DNA of 13,470 nucleotides, taken from positions 1 to 13,470 of the forward strand of contig JBGSNL010000017.1 of assembly GCA_041739675.1 (NCBI GenBank), read 5' to 3'. Position 1 is the first letter of the stretch; each line of letters starts with the position of its first letter. This stretch comes from a bacterium (lineage in GTDB: Bacteria; UBA10199; 2-02-FULL-44-16; DYJF01). Shown piece by piece: positions 8,718 to 13,470 of this stretch. The notes below the pieces were generated by a model. That model did not search any database, was not told the DNA's origin, and was given only the letters and a program-made list of their open reading frames with translations. The translations under genes and the position numbers were made by a program.

Positions 8718-10109
8718 ATGGGATTCAGGATAACAGACAAGCCTTTTAACGGGGGAGGCTCCGAGGCGGTGTATCCGGACGTCGCCGCCAAGCAGGAGGC
8801 CTCTCAACCCGAAAACGAAGATCAGCAGGCCGTAGCCGCATCAAATGCGCAGGCCGCCTTCGAGCGCCTTCTGGCGCGAAGGAACGCGCAGGAGGCCTTC
8901 CAAAGGTTGAGGCTGAGGGATCTGGTGAGCGATTCTCGCGCCAGACTGGACGAATTCAAAACCACTATCGCAAGTGCCCGCGGCGCTGAGGACGAGATGG
9001 GGCAGGTGGCTCCTATTGTGGTGCAACTGGCTGAATTAATTGGGGAGCTTGCCGCATATCCCGACAATCACGATGCAGAAGAGCTGAAAGAGGAGGCCTC
9101 ACACCTCCATGACGATCTTGTGGATCGTTGTTTCGAATTGTTCAAACAGCAGATAGAGGATTTGCCGCCGCTGCCTCCGCTGGAACTTTATTTTCAGGCG
9201 CGCGACGCAATAGATGGTTCTGAGGCATTCTCTGAGGCGCAGCGTGCGTTCCTTTTAGGACTTCTCGGGGACAGTTATGAAGAATTCAGGAGCGAAATTC
9301 TTGAGAGCGAAGCGGCAGAAGAAGTTTCCGAGGAAGAAACTGTGCCAGCTGACATTTTTTCTGCGCGTATAAACAACGATCAGAAGACCGAAGTTGAGAT
9401 CGGTGAACAGATCGACGTGATAAGAGGCGCATGGGACGATTTGTACGTCCACGGAATATGGCGGCAGCTTGCGGTTGAGCAGATACAAAGAGCGCTGGAC
9501 AATGGCGGCTCTGAAGACGCCATAACTGATGCCACACATATCATCGATGACGCGTTGGAGCTCGACCGGCAGGCAATAGAGGATGCCAACGAGGCCGCGT
9601 CGAATCTTCCTTCAAACCTTGCCGAGGATTCCAGATACATGGTGCCTCGTCTCGAGGACATAATGACGACGGTGCTGGATGAAATAGGAGTTGAGCCGCC
9701 GCCAATGGTTTCGACGGACCCCTTGCCGTTGGGGCGGCAGGAACTCATTCGCGACATCGGCAACGCGGCTGCGAATGGATATGCAGCTTATCTGAGAGAC
9801 AAACGGGCCGATATCAGAAGCGTGGACGATGACGTGCTGAGAAGCATGGGCAGCGAAATAATGGCGCCGGCATTTGTCTCCGAGTTCGAAATTTTCAGCG
9901 ATCAGGGACACATAACGGGCATAGTCGCGACACCCACAAATGTGGAGATTCCGCGCGAAGGCGCCTCTTTTCCCGTGGAGGAGATAGCCGAACGTATTAT
10001 TCAGAGCATCGGCGAAAGCGTGAGAATGCCCTGCTATATGCATTTCATCAGAATAAAGCTCAAGTTTGAAGTCAATCTCAACGAGGTCACTGCGACCATC
10101 ATCGAATAA
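8718..10109 (+). CDS. Uncharacterised acidic 463-aa protein with the same N-terminal tandem motif as the upstream gene and a putative C-terminal TonB-C/AgmX-PglI-like domain
   Basis: Long ORF 8 nt after the previous stop, with GAGGAG upstream. NAQAAFERLLARR-NAQEAFQRL at 8844-8909, a helical acidic middle, and no signal peptide. Confidence 0.88.
   Translation: MGFRITDKPFNGGGSEAVYPDVAAKQEASQPENEDQQAVAASNAQAAFERLLARRNAQEAFQRLRLRDLVSDSRARLDEFKTTIASARGAEDEMGQVAPIVVQLAELIGELAAYPDNHDAEELKEEASHLHDDLVDRCFELFKQQIEDLPPLPPLELYFQARDAIDGSEAFSEAQRAFLLGLLGDSYEEFRSEILESEAAEEVSEEETVPADIFSARINNDQKTEVEIGEQIDVIRGAWDDLYVHGIWRQLAVEQIQRALDNGGSEDAITDATHIIDDALELDRQAIEDANEAASNLPSNLAEDSRYMVPRLEDIMTTVLDEIGVEPPPMVSTDPLPLGRQELIRDIGNAAANGYAAYLRDKRADIRSVDDDVLRSMGSEIMAPAFVSEFEIFSDQGHITGIVATPTNVEIPREGASFPVEEIAERIIQSIGESVRMPCYMHFIRIKLKFEVNLNEVTATIIE
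8844..8918 (+). repeat. Coding tandem repeat NAQAAFERLLARR / NAQEAFQRLRLR
   Basis: Same 13-aa unit as at 6229-6303. Confidence 0.9.
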
Positions 10110-10124
10110 AGAGAAACGAAGCCG

Positions 10125-11159
10125 ATGCCCCCGATAAATGACAGAGATCCGGTCATGAAAAAACTCGTCGAACTGACGTGCGGGCCGGAATATGTGCATG
10201 AGCAAGGTGAACAAGAGATCGCGCCCGAATGCGAGCAGGCTGCCATCGCAATTGCAGGCGCACTGTCCAGATACTGCGGCTGTCCGTGCAGGCACACCGA
10301 GGATCCCATCTGCGCGATCTCAAACGACCCTCTGACACAGGAGGACGAGACGCTTCCTGAGGGAAGAGTTCACAATATCCCAGCGAGATTTGCCGATTTT
10401 TTACCGGGCGATCCTTCCAACCCGGATCCCATGTCAAGGGCCGGAATGCGTGACATTTTAGCTGGAACGAACTCTGAGTTTAGCGGCGCCTCTTTCGTCT
10501 ACTGGTTCGGCTATTGCCCGGAAGAGGTGCCCGACGCATGGAACATGCTCATGAGCGAGCACCGCCTCCCCGCGCGGTCAAACGCCGAAGCTTGCACGCC
10601 GCAGATGGCCATAGACGAAGATATTTTCAACACCCCCGCGGGTGCTTGGCTCTCCGTTGCGGCAAAGCTGGGCACATTGCCGCATGATACGCTCCAAACC
10701 CCATGGACGTTCGATCTCTCGCTTCTGATGCAGGCCGCAAACGGCTTTTACAGCACCGTGGGAGGCAGGCTATCCGTTACCCCGTCTCAGGGTCAGACGC
10801 TCTTTACGGGTGAGGACGGCCGCGAATCGGCGATGATTTACGGGGCGGGAGGGTATCTGGACGTGGGCTACTATGCGGCATTCTCAAGTAGTGTCGGGCT
10901 GCGCATATATGCGGATTTCGACATCGGCGCCGATTGGGCTGATGGCGAGGTCCAGATCGCCCCAAACGAGTGGATAGATGATTTTTCTAATTTCCGAATT
11001 CGTCTCGGATCCGGCCTGAAGTTGGTCATATGGCCCATAGACGGTTTTCAGATGGGCGCCGGCTTCGACTATCAGGCCACAGTCACGGAAGGCACGCCTC
11101 TTCCGGTTCATTCCCTTCTTTTTTCGGTCGATATGGCGTTCCGGCTCTCGGAATTTTAG
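10125..11159 (+). CDS. Uncharacterised protein: Cys-rich N-domain plus predicted 8-stranded outer-membrane beta-barrel (start could be 10155)
   Basis: The C-terminal half has eight alternating Gly/aromatic strands (WLSVAAKLG, WTFDLSLLMQ, FYSTVGGRLSV, YGAGGYLDVGYY, LRIYADFDIGADW, FRIRLGSGLKLVIW, FQMGAGFDYQ, HSLLFSVDMAFRL) and ends in Phe. No signal peptide. Confidence 0.78.
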   Translation: MPPINDRDPVMKKLVELTCGPEYVHEQGEQEIAPECEQAAIAIAGALSRYCGCPCRHTEDPICAISNDPLTQEDETLPEGRVHNIPARFADFLPGDPSNPDPMSRAGMRDILAGTNSEFSGASFVYWFGYCPEEVPDAWNMLMSEHRLPARSNAEACTPQMAIDEDIFNTPAGAWLSVAAKLGTLPHDTLQTPWTFDLSLLMQAANGFYSTVGGRLSVTPSQGQTLFTGEDGRESAMIYGAGGYLDVGYYAAFSSSVGLRIYADFDIGADWADGEVQIAPNEWIDDFSNFRIRLGSGLKLVIWPIDGFQMGAGFDYQATVTEGTPLPVHSLLFSVDMAFRLSEF

Positions 11160-11195
11160 GTTAAACACTTAAGGCATTGGTTTATTATTTACAAA

Positions 11196-11208
11196 TAACA
11201 AGTTGATT
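11196..11208 (-). promoter_or_regulatory. Putative IHF binding site within an AT-rich intergenic region
   Basis: The minus strand reads AATCAACTTGTTA, an exact match to WATCAANNNNTTR, inside the AT-rich spacer 11160-11390. It could be a chance match. Confidence 0.4.
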
Positions 11209-11388
11209 TATAAAGATATATGTACCGTGGCAATAAAAGAAATAAGAAGGAAAAAATGACGTACCGCGTATTATTTTCATCCAAAAACGGTGATAAAAAC
11301 CAACCTCAAAATCCACTGAATCTCTTGAATTTCAACAGTATTTTGGTCCCGGTTCTTAAGTCTTAGCTCTAAGCTCTCAGAAAACCAC

Positions 11389-11415
11389 GCAACTTTTTTT
11401 GGCCATCGCCGATAA
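11389..11415 (+). promoter_or_regulatory. Sigma28 (FliA/SigD)-like promoter, second copy
   Basis: GCAACTTT-N11-GCCGATAA. Both boxes and the spacer length are identical to 6022-6048, and it lies 88 nt upstream of ATG 11504. Confidence 0.7.
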
Positions 11416-11503
11416 TAGCTATGGAGGGATAGAACTCGTTAGCAGGTTAATGATTTGGGGGCGTAAGCGGTCTTGGGGGAAAAAAGATTTTAAGGAGGTA
11501 AAT

Positions 11504-12739
11504 ATGTTTTCAGGCGGCAAACTCACGATAACGATGGCACCGACGGGCGAATGCGTATCCCAGCAATGGGGCAATGAACCTGCGGCGGAGTGCAGCGACG
11601 CCATGGTGAGATTTAAAGAAGAGCTTTCGACCGCTTGCGTGGGTGCAGACGGTTCGGATCAATGTGCCGGCATCACCTCCGGCGTGAGCGATGACCTTCA
11701 ATCGATGACCTACGTTTTCGATGATGGTTTTCAGTGCGGCCAGCTTCCTGAAGCAACCCAGAGTAGATTCCCCGCAATTTTTGGAACTCCCGACGGTTTG
11801 CAGGCTTGTCAGAGTCTGGTTGACGGATTTGACTTCACTCAGCCCGTTGCGAATCCCGAGGTTCCGGTGGAAAATCCTGAAGTTCCCGCTGAAGGCGGCG
11901 GGCTGCATATCCCGGTAACCATTATTGACAACGGCGTCGTTCAGAATGAGGGCGACGAGCAGGTTGATGAGGCGGATGAGGGAACTGAAGCAAACGAAGA
12001 GCCCGCTGAAGGTGAGGGAGAAGACGACGGCAACGAGGGCGGAATTTCCACTCTGATGCTTTCAATCGGCCTCGGTTACGTCCATGCATGGGCGGACGGT
12101 CTGTATGATCCGTTCCCGACCTCCGGTTTAAGCGGCGGCCTGGACGGTGATTTCCCGAATGCAGGCGGCACGGGTGATTTTCCGAACGCCGGCGGCTCGA
12201 ATGCAGACGGCTACGGCGCGGACGCTTCAAACGGAATGAGTATCGATGCCACGCTTAAGTATTTTCCGCTCAACATGGGCGCATTCGGCGTTTATATAAG
12301 TGCAGGCGCCGAGTTTGGCTGGCAGCCGGCCCCCGAGATATCGAACACGTCTCTTCTTGATCCTTATGTCAGCAACAAGACCAATCCCTCCGACTTCTTT
12401 TTTGCCGGAGGAAGAATTGGAGCCGGCGCACGTCTGGATGTCGGATTCGCGCTGGATCTGGGAATCGGTGTTCATCTCGGCTGGTTGGGACTTGGTTCCG
12501 GCGGTCCCGGTTTCCCGACGGATATCGACACATACATAGATTATAGTGAATTCAGCTACGGGCCGTATCTGAGGCTGGCGCTTGGTTACAGCTGGTTCAC
12601 AGGCTTCATTGAATATAAATACGACGGCGGGCATCAGCACGGCTTCGTCGATCCGTCGTTGGGTGTGGAAGGAAGAGAAATAAGCCCGGACAGACATACT
12701 TTCGGAGCCGGAATTTCAGTCGACATACCACTTTTGTAA
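11504..12739 (+). CDS. Uncharacterised 411-aa protein: Cys-rich N-domain, acidic linker, predicted 8-stranded outer-membrane beta-barrel
   Basis: A perfect TAAGGAGGT RBS (11491-11499) places the start at ATG 11504, not 11399. Eight amphipathic strands (LMLSIGLGYVH, MSIDATLKYF, VYISAGAEFGW, FFAGGRIGAGARL, LDLGIGVHLGWL, FSYGPYLRLALGY, FTGFIEYKY, HTFGAGISVDI). No signal peptide. Confidence 0.82.
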   Translation: MFSGGKLTITMAPTGECVSQQWGNEPAAECSDAMVRFKEELSTACVGADGSDQCAGITSGVSDDLQSMTYVFDDGFQCGQLPEATQSRFPAIFGTPDGLQACQSLVDGFDFTQPVANPEVPVENPEVPAEGGGLHIPVTIIDNGVVQNEGDEQVDEADEGTEANEEPAEGEGEDDGNEGGISTLMLSIGLGYVHAWADGLYDPFPTSGLSGGLDGDFPNAGGTGDFPNAGGSNADGYGADASNGMSIDATLKYFPLNMGAFGVYISAGAEFGWQPAPEISNTSLLDPYVSNKTNPSDFFFAGGRIGAGARLDVGFALDLGIGVHLGWLGLGSGGPGFPTDIDTYIDYSEFSYGPYLRLALGYSWFTGFIEYKYDGGHQHGFVDPSLGVEGREISPDRHTFGAGISVDIPLL

Positions 12740-12789
12740 CGAATAGGGGAGTGTAAACACCTATGAAAGAATTTTCTGGGAGGAAAATT

Positions 12790-13470
12790 ATGAAGAACAA
12801 AAAAACCATCGGCGGGTTGATCGTGCTCATGGCGATCCTTCTCGCCCCAGCGGCGCTGTTCGCGGTCCCTGCGGGGATGAGTGCGGACGACTGCGAAGTG
12901 AACAGTCAGCTGTGGACGCTGTATCCGCCGCCTGACATGTTCACGCTTCCGCGTGCGATGGCCCATGCCAACATGGACTCATCGACGGGGCTCAGGGCGT
13001 GTCAGCGGTCTATCACCATCAAGGTGGATAGCACGATCGATATGCTCGATCCTTTGCCCATCCGCATCTCGGGAACGGGCACGGATTCGCGCTTCCAGCT
13101 CATAGGCGACACTGATGCCAACGGAGGCTACGTCGTATTGAATGCCAGAAGGATAGACGCCGATTCCCTCCCTGAAGGAAGAAAGTGCGCCGTGATCGTA
13201 TACGGCGGCTATGTCAACATGCAGAAGATCAAGATTGTGGGTCTCCATGACGGCATGACCGGCGTTTGCATTAAGGGCGACTATGCCGAGATGGACGGCG
13301 TGCAGATTTTGGGCGGAACCGTCGACGACAGCGGAATGAACGGCAACGGTTTTGTGGGCGATACGACAACGAAGAGAATCAAGATTCTCCCCACGTCTTC
13401 GGTGCAGGGCGTTTCCGGCAAGGGCGTCTGGTTCACCAATCCCGCGGGCGAAAACACACTGAAACCGACC
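12790..13470 (+). CDS. Secreted protein with Sec signal peptide, probable right-handed parallel beta-helix; 3'-truncated by the window edge
   Basis: Not in the ORF track because there is no stop in the window. GGAGG at 12779-12783, then 227 open codons: MKNKKTIGGLIVLMAILLAPAALFA-VPAG...TLPRAMAHAN...SITIKVDSTI...VVLNAR...AVIVYGGYVNMQKIKIVG...GVCIKGDYAEMDGVQILG. There is an alternative in-frame ATG at 12763. Confidence 0.85.
   Translation, partial: MKNKKTIGGLIVLMAILLAPAALFAVPAGMSADDCEVNSQLWTLYPPPDMFTLPRAMAHANMDSSTGLRACQRSITIKVDSTIDMLDPLPIRISGTGTDSRFQLIGDTDANGGYVVLNARRIDADSLPEGRKCAVIVYGGYVNMQKIKIVGLHDGMTGVCIKGDYAEMDGVQILGGTVDDSGMNGNGFVGDTTTKRIKILPTSSVQGVSGKGVWFTNPAGENTLKPT

Noticed and set aside
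10130..10137. CCCGATAA (and TCCGATAA near 8293) as additional sigma28 -10 boxes
   Set aside because: Imperfect -10, no GCAACTTT/TAAA-like box at the required spacing, and located in or at the very start of coding sequence.
10155..10181. MKKLVELTC as a possible lipoprotein signal for the 344-aa protein
   Set aside because: The hydrophobic region is far too short, contains Glu, and has no proper lipobox.
11344..11360. Possible sigma54 promoter (TGGTCCC...) suggested by the nearby IHF-like site
   Set aside because: No GC at the -12 position at the required spacing.
11256..11366. 36-aa sORF MTYRVLFSSKNGDKNQPQNPLNLLNFNSILVPVLKS with AAGGA upstream
   Set aside because: AT-rich codons unlike neighbouring genes, no recognisable motif, and it lies in a probable regulatory spacer. 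It cannot be supported without conservation or Ribo-seq data.
11399..11503. Track start (TTG 11399) giving a 446-aa protein
   Set aside because: It lies inside the promoter motif with no RBS, whereas a perfect TAAGGAGGT precedes ATG 11504. The extension is not a signal peptide either.
85..13248. Numerous minus-strand and alternate-frame ORFs in the track (e.g. 1026-1967, 2213-2803, 9612-10295, 12227-12697, 12979-13248)
   Set aside because: They overlap well-supported + strand genes, lack recognisable motifs, and look like shadow ORFs of GC-rich coding sequence.
1..13470. CRISPR array, tRNA/rRNA, transposase or integrase
   Set aside because: No regularly spaced nucleotide repeats, RNA-gene signatures or recombinase motifs were seen. 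The repeats found are protein-level or isolated hairpins.

Overview
Bacterial-looking window with all credible genes on the + strand, in two blocks. Block 1 (<1-5921) is a tightly packed acyl-CoA catabolic operon: the C-terminal part of an acyl-CoA dehydrogenase, a two-subunit B12-dependent acyl-CoA mutase with isobutyryl-CoA-mutase-type residues (Phe59/Gln177), two thiolase-fold proteins lacking the nucleophilic Cys, and two DUF35 Zn-ribbon/OB-fold proteins (an aldolase-like, Ltp3/Ltp4-type module). Block 2 (6076->13470) is an uncharacterised cluster with internal structure. Two acidic proteins (877 and 463 aa) share an N-terminal tandem NAQAAFQRLLARR motif and end in TonB-C-like domains. Two apparent paralogues (344 and 411 aa) combine a Cys-rich N-domain with a predicted 8-stranded beta-barrel. 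None of these four has a recognisable Sec signal peptide. A secreted beta-helix-like protein, absent from the ORF track, runs off the window end. Both putative transcription units of block 2 are preceded by the same sigma28/FliA-like promoter, GCAACTTT-N11-GCCGATAA. Block 2 is the best candidate for an undescribed system. All family assignments come from manual motif recognition, not database searches.
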